Shown piece after piece: positions 29,471 through 39,109 of a stretch of DNA of 64,000 nt. This stretch comes from Candidatus Multivoradales bacterium (GTDB lineage: Bacteria > Acidobacteriota > Thermoanaerobaculia > Multivoradales > JAHEKO01): contig CBDCXM010000009.1 of assembly GCA_965223855.1 (NCBI GenBank), forward strand, positions 1,408,001 through 1,472,000, in the 5' to 3' direction. The notes under the pieces were generated by a model. It was given only the letters and a program-made list of their open reading frames with translations, made no database searches and had not been told where the DNA came from. A program made the translations under genes and the position numbers. Position 1 is the first letter of the stretch. Every line of letters starts with the position of its first letter.

Positions 29471-30226
29471 TTATCGACGGTCGCCGCCGGGTCTCCGGAA
29501 GATTGCGCCCTCGATGGCTGCATTGACCGCCTTCGCACGCACCTCGGTGCGCTGCACCCGTTCGCCGGTGGCGAGATCGAACTTCTCGACGAGGAAGGGC
29601 GAGAGGACTCCGCCCAGGCGCCGGTAGTCCGAGTAGCGGGTCTCGAAGCGCTTCTTCTCTGGGTCGGCGGCTGGATGGAGGGCGTGGTCGCTCCTCTGGC
29701 GGGCGATCAGGTAGGTGTCGGCGTCGAGGTAGTAGCGGTCCGCGAAGCCGTCCTCGTGCAGGAGATCGACGACCCAGTACGACCGGTCCTCGAGTTGCTC
29801 GGGACCGCTCACCGTGACCTCGACTCCCTGGTCCTCGTATTCGTGAAGTCCGTAGAGGTTGCCGAGCACGCCCCGCCAGAGGATCCTCGCCTCCTCGTCG
29901 GTGATCGGCGAGCCGGAGGTCTCGCCCTGCCGCATCGCCCAGGCCGCTCCGTCGTGAAGCCCTTCCGTGAAGACGCGCTCGCCGTCGATGGAAACGTCGA
30001 TCCTCATGCTGCCGGAACGGACGGCACGGTAGCGGCCCTCGGCCACCCAGCCCTCGTCGATCGTCACGGTGACGTCGACGGACTCGATCGCCTCGATCGC
30101 GGCGGCACCGCCGCGCGCCGCGACGTGGCGTCGCAGCACCTCGGCCTCGTCGAGCGCAGACGCCACGCCGGCGTCCCAGAGCAGAGGGAGCGCGAAGAGA
30201 AACAGTTCGGGGCGGGCCAGTCGCAT
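29471..30226 (-). CDS. Exported hypothetical protein (LolA-like sorting-protein fold)
   Basis: Signal peptide; HVAARGG..AI, YYLDADTYLI and YSDYRRLGGV motifs. Confidence 0.6.
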   Translation of the reverse strand: MRLARPELFLFALPLLWDAGVASALDEAEVLRRHVAARGGAAAIEAIESVDVTVTIDEGWVAEGRYRAVRSGSMRIDVSIDGERVFTEGLHDGAAWAMRQGETSGSPITDEEARILWRGVLGNLYGLHEYEDQGVEVTVSGPEQLEDRSYWVVDLLHEDGFADRYYLDADTYLIARQRSDHALHPAADPEKKRFETRYSDYRRLGGVLSPFLVEKFDLATGERVQRTEVRAKAVNAAIEGAIFRRPGGDRR

Positions 30227-30537
30227 ACGTTTCCTCTCGGACGCTTCTTCTCCGGACCGGTCTCGGCGGCCGAGATGCAGTTTTTTTAGCACACTCAGGT
30301 CGGGAAGGCCATTCCGGTCGGCCTCGGCTGTCAGCTTGCTGTCATGCGGGAGTTTCTAGAGTGCTCATGTGTCAAGGCGATCCGCCGTGCGTGCGCCCCG
30401 CCCGGTTCCAACAACCTCCTTGCTCCCGCTGTTCTCCCACCAGGCTAGCTCCTCTTCTTCCGCAGCACCCGGCGCACGCAGGGTCGGATCCGCCCCCGGC
30501 ACCGCCGCTCGCCGCATCGCCGGCGAGCCGCACCCCT

Positions 30538-31626
30538 TCAGCGCCGAGCGCCGTCCGGCAGCAGCGGCAGTTGGTCGCCCGGCCGGCGAAAGGCCCCGGT
30601 CGACAGCCGGGGCGGCCGCCGCGACAGTCCGGCCTTGCGCAGCCCGATCGAGAAGAGTTGCTCGATCGGTTCCGCATAGGGCCCGCGACCGCGAAATCGT
30701 CGGTGAAACCTGCTGTCGTTGAGCCGCCCGTCCCGCAGCTCGCGGATCCGGTGCACGACCCGGTCGCGGCGGTCGGGGTAGTGGTGCTGTAGCCAGTCCG
30801 TGAAGAGCCCGGCCACCTTGCCCGGGAGGCGCAACAGCAGATAGCCGGCGTGGCTCGCACCGGCTTCGGCGGCGGCGGCGAGGATGGCGGGGATCTCGGA
30901 GTCGGTCAGCCCGGGAATCACCGGGCCGATCATCACACCGCAAGGCACTCCGGCTCGCGTCAGCTCGGCGATCGCCTCGAGTCTGCGAACGGGCGTCGAG
31001 GTCCTCGGCTCCATCCGACGCGCGAGCTCACGATCGAGGGTGGTGACCGAGAGCGTGACCGTGGCTGCATCGAAGCGGGCGAGCTCGACCAGGAGGTCGG
31101 CGTCACGGGTGACGAGGTGGTTCTTGGTGATCACGCTCACCGGATTGCGGTGCTCCGCCAGAACCTTCAGGCAGTCTCGAGTGAGGCCGAGACGCCGTTC
31201 GATCGGCTGGTAGGGATCGGTGACGCCGGAGAACGCGATCACCCGGGGAGTCCAGCTCCGCGCACCCAACTCGCGGCGCAGCAACTCAGGAGCGTGCTGC
31301 TTGACCAGGATCCTGGTCTCGAAGTCGAGGCCGGCGGAAAGCCCCAGGTACTCGTGCGTCGGTCGGGCGTAACAGTAGCTGCAGCCGTGCTCGCAGCCGC
31401 GATACGGGTTCAGGGAGACGTCGAACGGGACGTCCGGACTGTCGTTGCGGGAGAGGACCGAGCGGCTGTCGTCGCGCAGGTACCGGGTTCTGACGTTCTC
31501 GGCCGACGGTTGTTCCGGCTCGAAGTGAAGACGCTCGAAGCGGCTCCCGGGATTCGCGCCGCTACCCCGGCCGCGAGGCGGCTCGAAAGTTCGCTTCGGA
31601 TCGCCGGTGGTCTCGATGTCTGACAT
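30538..31626 (-). CDS. PA0069-family radical SAM protein (SPL-like)
   Basis: NPYRGCEHGCSYCYARPTHEYLG, GLDFETRI, SGVTDPYQPIE. Confidence 0.92.
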   Translation of the reverse strand: MSDIETTGDPKRTFEPPRGRGSGANPGSRFERLHFEPEQPSAENVRTRYLRDDSRSVLSRNDSPDVPFDVSLNPYRGCEHGCSYCYARPTHEYLGLSAGLDFETRILVKQHAPELLRRELGARSWTPRVIAFSGVTDPYQPIERRLGLTRDCLKVLAEHRNPVSVITKNHLVTRDADLLVELARFDAATVTLSVTTLDRELARRMEPRTSTPVRRLEAIAELTRAGVPCGVMIGPVIPGLTDSEIPAILAAAAEAGASHAGYLLLRLPGKVAGLFTDWLQHHYPDRRDRVVHRIRELRDGRLNDSRFHRRFRGRGPYAEPIEQLFSIGLRKAGLSRRPPRLSTGAFRRPGDQLPLLPDGARR

Positions 31627-31889
31627 CCCTAGCTAAGTCTCCGGGGAGCTTCGGTACCGATGGTATCGCCGCTGCGATGCAACCGTGGGAGAGAAGCGGG
31701 ACGGCAACCTCCCGCTCGACGCCCGGCCGGCCCACGAGAGTGCGACGACTCCCGCGAAGCACGAGGCCCTTCGGAGCTCTGTGGACGCTGGTGGGCGCGG
31801 CCTCATGGATGTCTCGGGAAACCTCAGCTCACGGATCTGCGTAGGCCAGGACAGGGATCGATCGAGTTTCGATGGGAGGAGCATGGGGT

Positions 31890-32591
31890 ATGAAGAAACG
31901 GACTCTTCTTGGGATCGCCGTCGCGGTGCTGCTGGTCGTCGTCGCGGCGCACTGGTACTTCGCCGACCGCGGCCGCTTCACCACCGAGGCCGAGTACGAC
32001 ACGCTCGAGCGCTGGGTCGACGGCCACGACCTGGTCTCGAAGAGGGACCCCGCTTCGATCCTTCGGTTCGCGCCGTCGTTCACCTATCTCGGCGGGCAAC
32101 GCTTCGTCCTCTACGGCGTCGCCGATACCGAGCAGCACTTCTTCGTGACCAGGGACGGCGACGGCGACCTCGAGAGCGTCTTCTGGGTGCAGTACGAGGC
32201 CTACCTGCCGGGCAAGCGCTACACCTACGACTACGAAGACTCGCCGCTGCGTACGAAGCTGGGAGCGTTCGAGTTCTTCACTGACTTCGAGGTCTTTCAC
32301 TTCGACCCCGATCGCAGGCGCAAGCGCGGCACGGACGGCGCGATGGTGCGTGAGTTTCTGGCGGCGCACGGCCTCGCGTACCCCCGAGAGGTCGCCTACT
32401 CGCGGCAGGTCTATCTGACCGACGAGACCCGCCAGAAGGAGCTGATGATCATCTTCATGGACGACCTCGCCCGCTACGGGACGACGGCGGATGCACTCGA
32501 GGGAGATCCCGGCCGCCTGCGCACCGTCGAGGAGTCGCATCTCGAGAGAGTCGAGGCGAGCCTGACCGTGCTGCCGCTCGACGGCGACTGA
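31890..32591 (+). CDS. Hypothetical membrane-anchored protein
   Basis: N-terminal TM; GC3-rich codon usage; GGAGGA RBS. Confidence 0.7.
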   Translation: MKKRTLLGIAVAVLLVVVAAHWYFADRGRFTTEAEYDTLERWVDGHDLVSKRDPASILRFAPSFTYLGGQRFVLYGVADTEQHFFVTRDGDGDLESVFWVQYEAYLPGKRYTYDYEDSPLRTKLGAFEFFTDFEVFHFDPDRRRKRGTDGAMVREFLAAHGLAYPREVAYSRQVYLTDETRQKELMIIFMDDLARYGTTADALEGDPGRLRTVEESHLERVEASLTVLPLDGD

Positions 32592-32756
32592 CGCCTCGGG
32601 GCCGGCGCGTCGGACGAGTGGCTCTCGGACGGGCGCTTCCGGTCGGGCGCTTTCGGTCGGGCCCGATGCGAGCACCGGCTCACGACACCGCCCCGGCTCT
32701 CTGAGTTCCCGGGCTCTCTGAGTTCGCGCGGCGCTCGGTGGTAGCGTCGCCGCATC

Positions 32757-33887
32757 GTGCAAGAGGAAACCCGGAGAGAGGGGTACGCCGGGCCGCGGTT
32801 CACCCTGTGGGGGATCCGGCCCTACGAGCTCTACAGCGCTCTCGCGTTCGTGGCGACCATCGTCTTCCTGCGCTCGCGCGGCATGAGGATGGACTGGAAC
32901 ACGATCGACTACACCCTCGGTCCGTTCCTGCCGATGGCGGCGTGGTTGCTCTTCGCCGGAGTCGGCCTTCAGGTGATCTACCACGCGCTCGGCGCGTTGC
33001 GGCGCGGCGAGGGGCTCGGTGGCGGCGTGGTGGCGGTGGGGTCCTATCTGCGCACGGTGGCGACCCCCGGATGGATCGTTCTGTGGCTTCGTCTCTACCT
33101 CGCCTACGCGCTGATGATCTACTGCTACAACTGGCTCAAGGTGACGGTGCCGCTGGTCAATCACCGGCTGTGGGACGCGGAGCTGTTCGATCTCGATCGT
33201 TGGCTCCATCTCGGCATCTCGCCGACGCTCTTCGCCGTCGAGCTGGTCGCCGGCACTCCGTTGGTAGGCCTGATCGACCACTGGTACGCCTTCTGGCTGA
33301 CCACCGTCCTCTACTCGATCACCTTCTTCGTCACCGCGCGCAAGCCGGATCTGCGCTGCGCCTTCCTGCTGTCCTGCGCCTTCCTGTGGACTCTCGGGGC
33401 GCTCATCTACCAGTTGATCCCCGCGCTCGGGCCGATCTACGCCTACGCCGATCACTATCGGGAAGTGCTCCCGGAGCTGCCGAAGGCGGCCCAGGGGCAC
33501 CGGGCCCTGCTCGAGAACTACCAGGTGCTGCTCTCGGGGCGCACCGGCCAGCTCTACCAGTTCAACCCGACCCGCGGTATCGCCGCGATGCCGAGCCTCC
33601 ACGTCGGCGCGCACGTCATGCTGACACTGTGGAGCCGCCGCTTCGTGCGTCCGCTCTACATGCCTTGCGTCGTCGGCACCGGGCTCACCTTCCTCGGTTC
33701 CCTCGTCACCGGTTGGCACTATGCGGTCGACGCCTATGTCGGCACGGCGCTGGCCTTCGGCTGCTATTGGTTCGCCACCTGGCTGGAGGGACTCCAACCG
33801 GCGCCACGGCCGGATGGCCGGGCGGCGGGGTCGGCAGCCGAGGGGAGCCCGTCGAACGAGGGAAGCCCGGACGCTTCCGGTACGTAG
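32757..33887 (+). CDS. PAP2-superfamily membrane enzyme (AUR1/IPT1-like, PAP2_3)
   Basis: PALGP, AAMPSLHVG and GWHYAVD motifs; multiple TM helices. Confidence 0.82.
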   Translation: MQEETRREGYAGPRFTLWGIRPYELYSALAFVATIVFLRSRGMRMDWNTIDYTLGPFLPMAAWLLFAGVGLQVIYHALGALRRGEGLGGGVVAVGSYLRTVATPGWIVLWLRLYLAYALMIYCYNWLKVTVPLVNHRLWDAELFDLDRWLHLGISPTLFAVELVAGTPLVGLIDHWYAFWLTTVLYSITFFVTARKPDLRCAFLLSCAFLWTLGALIYQLIPALGPIYAYADHYREVLPELPKAAQGHRALLENYQVLLSGRTGQLYQFNPTRGIAAMPSLHVGAHVMLTLWSRRFVRPLYMPCVVGTGLTFLGSLVTGWHYAVDAYVGTALAFGCYWFATWLEGLQPAPRPDGRAAGSAAEGSPSNEGSPDASGT

Positions 33888-33895
33888 TTCTCTTC

Positions 33896-34057
33896 ATGAA
33901 GAACGAGGAAGGATCTCGCGCCACCGCCGCCGGGTCCGGCATCGCCCTGGGAATCGCGCTCGGTGCCGGCCTCGGTGCCGCGTTCGGCAACGTCGCGGTC
34001 GGTATCGCTGTAGGGGTCGCGCTCGGTCCCGCGCTGGGGCTGGCGCTCCGTCGCTAG
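33896..34057 (+). CDS. Small glycine-zipper membrane protein (53 aa)
   Basis: GIALGIALGAGLGAAFGNVAVGIAVGVALG. Confidence 0.6.
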   Translation: MKNEEGSRATAAGSGIALGIALGAGLGAAFGNVAVGIAVGVALGPALGLALRR

Positions 34058-34156
34058 CCAGAACTTCTCCCGCCGCCGCACTCTGCTAGAGGTCACCGAG
34101 CCGACTTCGTTTTCCGGTCCCTATGCTCCTCGGGCCGAGGGAGGTGCAGGTCGTCG

Positions 34157-35854
34157 TCAGGGTGTGCTGCGCTTCGCCACCCAGCTCGTGAACGGCACGC
34201 CGTCGATCAGGAGGGTGACGTCCGCCTCGCTGCCTCGGCAGAGGTAGCGCATCCGCCAGTCCTGGGAGACCTCCGGCTCCTCCGGGATCTGGAAGGTGTT
34301 CGTCTGGCTCCGGCCATCGACCTCGAGGGTGTTGATCATCTCCGCGCGGTACGACTCCTTGCAGATCTCGATCTCTTCGTCGCCGCGCGCCTGCCACCGG
34401 CCGGCGGTCGTGCTCATCATGGTCACTGTCTGCCTCGACGGGCTTCCGCCGACATTGCCTTCGAAGGTCGAGACCTGTTCGCGCTCGTGAATCTGGGCGA
34501 AGGTCCCGTCTGCGCCGAAGGTGAACTTGTTGACTCCCATGTCCTGGCCGGTCCAGCGTTGAGGCGCATCGGGCACGGCGTTGTACTGGCTCGGCAGTGA
34601 GGAGGACTCGGCGACCCAGGTGCCGACCATGCAGTGGCCGGCCGGGATCGGTTGTCGGCAGCAGGGCTCGGCCTCGCCATCGGGAGTGGCGACCGACTCG
34701 GCGTCGGCTCCATCGACGCTGATCGTCGCCATCAGCATCGGCTCGGGCGGGCAGTTCACGTCACGGCCGAAGCTCTCGCCATCCGCCTTGCGACTCCAGG
34801 CTGTGTCGTCCAGGAAGCTCACCCACGGGGTGGCTGTCGCCACCTGGACGTCCCATTCTCCCGGCTCGTACTCCATCTGCAGGCGGGGGATCGACAGCTC
34901 GGGGCCCTGGAGCTCCCACGGTGCCGGCGCCACCTCTCCGACATTCGGATCCGGGATCGCCGGCCTGCCGTCCGGGTAGACGAGTGTTCCACCGAGGTAG
35001 GTCTCGACGAAGTCCTGCCACGCCTCGGGCGGCAGGGACTCTCCGACCGACAGGCCGTTGTCGAGACCCTCCTCTCCCAGGAAGCCGAGGTGAATCGGAT
35101 ACCAGGAGCCGTACGAGTGGTCGGCCCAGAACCAGAAGGCGACGGCAGCGTAGTCGAGGTGGTTCAGCGCCGAGTCGGCGGAGTGAACGTCGAAGTGCCG
35201 GAGGTAGCCGTCGGAGTAGGTCTGGCCGGGCACCACGCGGTTGGCGAACCACTCCGCCGTTCCCTCGACCCACCAGAAGCTCCCGCACTGGCCGACGCCG
35301 GGCCAGATCAGCCACTGAGCGACGTGGTAGACCTCGTGGGCGAAGGTGAAGCGCAGGTTCGAGTCGCTGCCGCCCCACAGGTTGCGGAAGACGTTCATCG
35401 TGCAGTCGAGCCCGGGTCGCGGCCAGGCACCGGAGCCGGTGGAGCAGGAGACCTCAGCCTCGGTTTCGAGGGCGCTCTCCAGGTCGCCAAGCAGGATCTT
35501 GAGGGTCGGCGAGGTCGAGTAGCGGGCCGGGCTCTCCGGATGGGGGAGCTTCGCTTCGGTCTCGCTGAGATGGTGATCGACCTGGGCGATCACGTTCGCC
35601 AGCGTCCCGGCTGCCGTCTCCGATCCCTCCGGCCCGAAGATCGTGGCCGACACTCCGAGGGAGCCGATCTCGACCGTCGCCTGCTCCCGGAGGTAGCCGG
35701 TGACCCACTGATTGCGGACGGCGCGAGTCTCCCGCTCCCAGATCGCCGCCTTGTCGGGATCGCTGTGGTACTTGCAGGAGTTGTAGTCGGCTGTCGCGGG
35801 TAGCGCCAGCGCGAGCATCGTCGTCGCGAGAGTGGCAGGGATCCGTCGTTGCAT
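34157..35854 (-). CDS. Secreted gluzincin-like zinc metallopeptidase-domain protein
   Basis: Signal peptide; FAHEVYHVAQ plus downstream WWVEGTAEW; AAGGAGG RBS. Confidence 0.7.
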   Translation of the reverse strand: MQRRIPATLATTMLALALPATADYNSCKYHSDPDKAAIWERETRAVRNQWVTGYLREQATVEIGSLGVSATIFGPEGSETAAGTLANVIAQVDHHLSETEAKLPHPESPARYSTSPTLKILLGDLESALETEAEVSCSTGSGAWPRPGLDCTMNVFRNLWGGSDSNLRFTFAHEVYHVAQWLIWPGVGQCGSFWWVEGTAEWFANRVVPGQTYSDGYLRHFDVHSADSALNHLDYAAVAFWFWADHSYGSWYPIHLGFLGEEGLDNGLSVGESLPPEAWQDFVETYLGGTLVYPDGRPAIPDPNVGEVAPAPWELQGPELSIPRLQMEYEPGEWDVQVATATPWVSFLDDTAWSRKADGESFGRDVNCPPEPMLMATISVDGADAESVATPDGEAEPCCRQPIPAGHCMVGTWVAESSSLPSQYNAVPDAPQRWTGQDMGVNKFTFGADGTFAQIHEREQVSTFEGNVGGSPSRQTVTMMSTTAGRWQARGDEEIEICKESYRAEMINTLEVDGRSQTNTFQIPEEPEVSQDWRMRYLCRGSEADVTLLIDGVPFTSWVAKRSTP

Positions 35855-35938
35855 GGCCAACCTCCTTGTCCGAAGCGAGTGTCCTCATCCGCGACGGTAC
35901 CGGCCGACCTCCTCGACCGACCTCCTCAGCCCGGGCCG

Positions 35939-36436
35939 TCAGTCCGAGGCCGCCGGCCTCCGGGCGCTGCGATCGAGATCGGCGACGATTCTCCAGGGAC
36001 TTCCGTCGTCGGTGCGGGCGAGCACCAGCACGAACATGCCGCCGTCGGTGGCCGCCGCCTCTTCGCCGTAGCCGTAGGCGCCGACGATGTAGGCAAGCGA
36101 GCCGTCGATCGAGAAGTCGATCCCCCGCAACCGGAGGTCACCTCCGGCGTTGGCGTACTTGTCGCGCATCGCCGCGTGGCCGCGCCGCCAGCCGCTGCGG
36201 CCTGAGACGAAGCCGTCGACGACGAACAGTTCCGCCAGCGCCGCTGCGTCGCCGGCCTCCCAGGCGTCCTCGTAGTCGGTCAGTACGCGCTGGAGCTCCG
36301 GCGGCAACTCGACCGACTCGAGCCGCGGTTCCTGCTCCTGAGCCGTCGCGGGCGCCAGGGCGAGCGCCACGCACAGCGTGACCCACAGCAAAGTGGGAAG
36401 AGTTGGAACGGACGCCTGCCATCGAGATGCAGTCAT
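35939..36436 (-). CDS. Exported NTF2-like/DUF4440 protein
   Basis: YEDAWEAGDAAALAELF...GMFVLVL...WRIVAD. Confidence 0.8.
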   Translation of the reverse strand: MTASRWQASVPTLPTLLWVTLCVALALAPATAQEQEPRLESVELPPELQRVLTDYEDAWEAGDAAALAELFVVDGFVSGRSGWRRGHAAMRDKYANAGGDLRLRGIDFSIDGSLAYIVGAYGYGEEAAATDGGMFVLVLARTDDGSPWRIVADLDRSARRPAASD

Positions 36437-36532
36437 GCGGCCAGCCTAGCAGCCGCGGCCCGATCGAGCCGTGGCCCCCTTTCCCCGACTTCTGCGGTGA
36501 AGAGAGTAGGAGCCCGAAGGAAGGAGACCAAG

Positions 36533-37696
36533 ATGGTCAAGCGATGGCTGAGTCGACTGGAAACCGTTCACGTGGCGACGACCCGCGAAGAGCTCGAGGC
36601 CGTCTACCGCTTCCGCTACCAGGTCTACTTCGAGGAGTTCGGGCGTGAGCTCGGCGGCCCCGACCACGACCGCAAGTGGGTCACCGACGACGAGGACACC
36701 CGCTCCACTACGACCATCCTCTACACCGGCTCGGTGGACGACGTCACCGGCACCGTGCGACTGCGTCACTGGCCGGCCGGCCGGTGTCCTCGCCACGACG
36801 TCGAGGAGCTGTCGATCGACCGCTTCGAAGGCTACGAGGCGCTCGACACCGCCGAGATCGGCCGTCTCATGGTGCGCAAGTCGCTGCGGGGCAGGCTGAT
36901 CATCGCCTCGCTCCTGCGCGCGAGCTACGAGCTGCTGGTGGGAACCCATCACAGCGACCTTGTCTTCTGCTACTGCTCTCCGGGACTGGTGCGCTACTAC
37001 CAGCAGCTGGCGATGCGGCCGTTCGGAGGCCGGATCGTCCCTGCTCCCGACGGCATGATGGTGCCGCTCGTCTCCGTCCCCTCGGACGAGGCCTACTTCC
37101 GCGAAGTGCGATCGCTCTTCCTGCCGCTGGTGCGCGAGTACTTCGGTCCCGGGAAGCGCGAGCCCCTCGACCTCGCTCCCTACCGGCATCTCTTCGAGCC
37201 TCGGGAGAGCGGTGTGGACACCGATCCGGACCGACTGGCCCGAGCGGTCGCTCGGGCGCTCGAGGCCGCCTCGGCGCAGAGTTTCCTCGCCTCCCAGATC
37301 GACAGACTCGGTGACGAGCTTCTCCGCCAGGCGCTTGCCGTTCGGGTGCCTCGTGGCACGCTGATCACCCGTCGTGGCTTCCGCGAACGGGAGCTGTACG
37401 TCGTCCTGCGGGGGCGGTTCAGGAGCCGGCAGGAACGGGGCTACGCGATCGACGTCGGTCCGGGCGAGGTCTTCGGTGAAGACGCGCTGGTCGATCCGTC
37501 CCAGCGTCGCGTCGCCTCGGTGGAGGCGGTCGAGGAGGGTTGTCTGCTGGTGCTTCGGGGGCGTGCGGTCGAGCGGTTGGTGAAGCGACGACCGGTGGAG
37601 GCACGGCTTCTTCGCGGGGAGCTCGAGGAACTCTTCGCCCAACGCCGGGCCGCGCTCGTCGAGGCGACCGGGCCGATGCTGGCAGCAGCGAGCTAG
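36533..37696 (+). CDS. FeeM/LuxI-like GNAT acyltransferase fused to a C-terminal cNMP-binding domain
   Basis: AVYRFRYQVYFEE, GTVRL, EIGRLMV and YYQQL; then LYVVLRG...GPGEVFGE...RRVASVEA. Confidence 0.75.
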   Translation: MVKRWLSRLETVHVATTREELEAVYRFRYQVYFEEFGRELGGPDHDRKWVTDDEDTRSTTTILYTGSVDDVTGTVRLRHWPAGRCPRHDVEELSIDRFEGYEALDTAEIGRLMVRKSLRGRLIIASLLRASYELLVGTHHSDLVFCYCSPGLVRYYQQLAMRPFGGRIVPAPDGMMVPLVSVPSDEAYFREVRSLFLPLVREYFGPGKREPLDLAPYRHLFEPRESGVDTDPDRLARAVARALEAASAQSFLASQIDRLGDELLRQALAVRVPRGTLITRRGFRERELYVVLRGRFRSRQERGYAIDVGPGEVFGEDALVDPSQRRVASVEAVEEGCLLVLRGRAVERLVKRRPVEARLLRGELEELFAQRRAALVEATGPMLAAAS

Positions 37697-38061
37697 TGTC
37701 GGCCCGGCCGGCGATCGCGCAACCGCAACAGACCGTATGCCACCGCCAGCAGCAGGTACTGGGCGGCGAAGGTCCAACTGCCGATGCCGCTCGCCAGGTG
37801 GGTCCAGATTGCGCCTGCCATGACGACGGCAAGGACCGCCGCTCCGTAGAAGGCGACGGCGGGGACCAGCACCAGCAGGCCGCCGAGGACTTCGAGGACA
37901 CCGATCACGCGGCAGAATCCGGCGCTGTAACCCCACGCCTCGAACCGCTCGACCATGCCCGGATCGGGGTCGATCTTCGGCAGGCCGGACTGCAGGAAAG
38001 CCATCGCCAGGATCACGGCGAGAATCCAGTAGGCGATCTTGTCGGTGCGTCGTCTCGACAT
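37693..38061 (-). CDS. DoxX family membrane protein
   Basis: FLQSGLPK...F..WGY...IGVLEVLGGLLVLVP...MAGAIWTH. Confidence 0.88.
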   Translation of the reverse strand: MSRRRTDKIAYWILAVILAMAFLQSGLPKIDPDPGMVERFEAWGYSAGFCRVIGVLEVLGGLLVLVPAVAFYGAAVLAVVMAGAIWTHLASGIGSWTFAAQYLLLAVAYGLLRLRDRRPGRH

Positions 38062-38161
38062 CGCGGTCTCCTCAGGCTGTGATGGTGCTCCGAGGATATG
38101 CCATCCGCACGCCAGCCATCGGTTGCGGCGGCAGACGGGCCCGGACGAGGACGGGTGAGTC

Positions 38162-38341
38162 CTACCCCATGAAGAACCCCTTGCGATGGGAGACACCGAG
38201 GATCTTCCTGCAGGACGAACAGAAATAGACGTAGCGGCGGCCGAGGGTGCTGCGAACCGAGCGGACGAGGAGGCGTTGCTGAACCGTTTCGCAGTGCGGG
38301 CACAGCGGGTCGATGGTTTGCGTGGATTCGATCTCGATCAT
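38162..38341 (-). CDS. Small zinc-ribbon protein (59 aa), absent from the ORF track
   Basis: MIEIESTQTIDPLCPHCETVQQRLLVRSVRSTLGRRYVYFCSSCRKILGVSHRKGFFMG; AGGAGAGG RBS. Confidence 0.7.
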   Translation of the reverse strand: MIEIESTQTIDPLCPHCETVQQRLLVRSVRSTLGRRYVYFCSSCRKILGVSHRKGFFMG

Positions 38342-38419
38342 GCCTCTCCTACGAGAGTCGCACGGGGCTCATTCCTGGCGGAACGGATCCTGGCTGCGGC
38401 ACACCGATAGGCTTGTGAC

Positions 38420-39037
38420 GTGGAGGAGACGCTTCTCGGACTTTCCCTCGGCCTTGCCGCCGGAGTCAGTCCCGGTCCGCTGCTGACGATGGTCGTCGAG
38501 GCGACGCTTCGGGGCGGCTTCGCGGCCGGCGCGCGGGTCGCAGCAGCTCCCCTCGTGAGCGATCTGCCGATGATCGCCGTCGCCGTGCTGGCGGTCGATC
38601 GGATCCCGGAGGCTGCCCAGGCCCTGCTGAGCCTGGCCGGCGGTTTCGTCGTGATCTGGATCGCGAGGGGTACCTGGCTTCACTCCGCCGATGTTCCCGC
38701 GCCGGGCGGCGCCGCCGGGCCGGCAGGCGAGCGCTCGAAGCTTCTCGCTGCGGTCGTCGTCAACGGCCTCAACCCCCACGCCTGGCTGTTCTGGGGCACC
38801 GTGGGGGCGCCGCTTCTGCTCGCCGCCTGGCCCGGGCGTCCGGGGGCCGCCGCCGGCTTCCTGATCGCCTTCTTCTCGCTGCTGATCGGAGCGAAGGTCG
38901 CCCTGGCAGGGGCGATCGCGGGCAACCGCCACCGGCTCGGCGAGCAGGGCTACCGCCGGCTGATGCTCGGCTGCAGCGTGCTGCTGCTCGGGCTGGGCGT
39001 CATGCTCGTCGTCCGCGGCGCTCTCGGCCTGGCCTGA
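38420..39037 (+). CDS. LysE family translocator
   Basis: AGVSPGPL...GGFAAG and NGLNPHAWLFWGTVG; multiple TM helices. Confidence 0.88.
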   Translation: MEETLLGLSLGLAAGVSPGPLLTMVVEATLRGGFAAGARVAAAPLVSDLPMIAVAVLAVDRIPEAAQALLSLAGGFVVIWIARGTWLHSADVPAPGGAAGPAGERSKLLAAVVVNGLNPHAWLFWGTVGAPLLLAAWPGRPGAAAGFLIAFFSLLIGAKVALAGAIAGNRHRLGEQGYRRLMLGCSVLLLGLGVMLVVRGALGLA

Positions 39038-39078
39038 AGGGTCTCACGGCTTCGCGCTCGAAGGCCGTTGAGGCTGCA

Positions 39079-39106
39079 GCCCGGCTGACGCCGCCGTCAG
39101 CCGGGC
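39079..39106. terminator. 12-bp stem hairpin just downstream of the mtrB-like gene
   Basis: GCCCGGCTGACG-ccgc-CGTCAGCCGGGC between convergent stops. Confidence 0.55.
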
Positions 39107-39109
39107 AGG

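Noticed and set aside
31633-31884. Short ORFs between the radical SAM gene and the next gene
   Set aside because: No motifs or convincing RBS; more likely a divergent promoter region.
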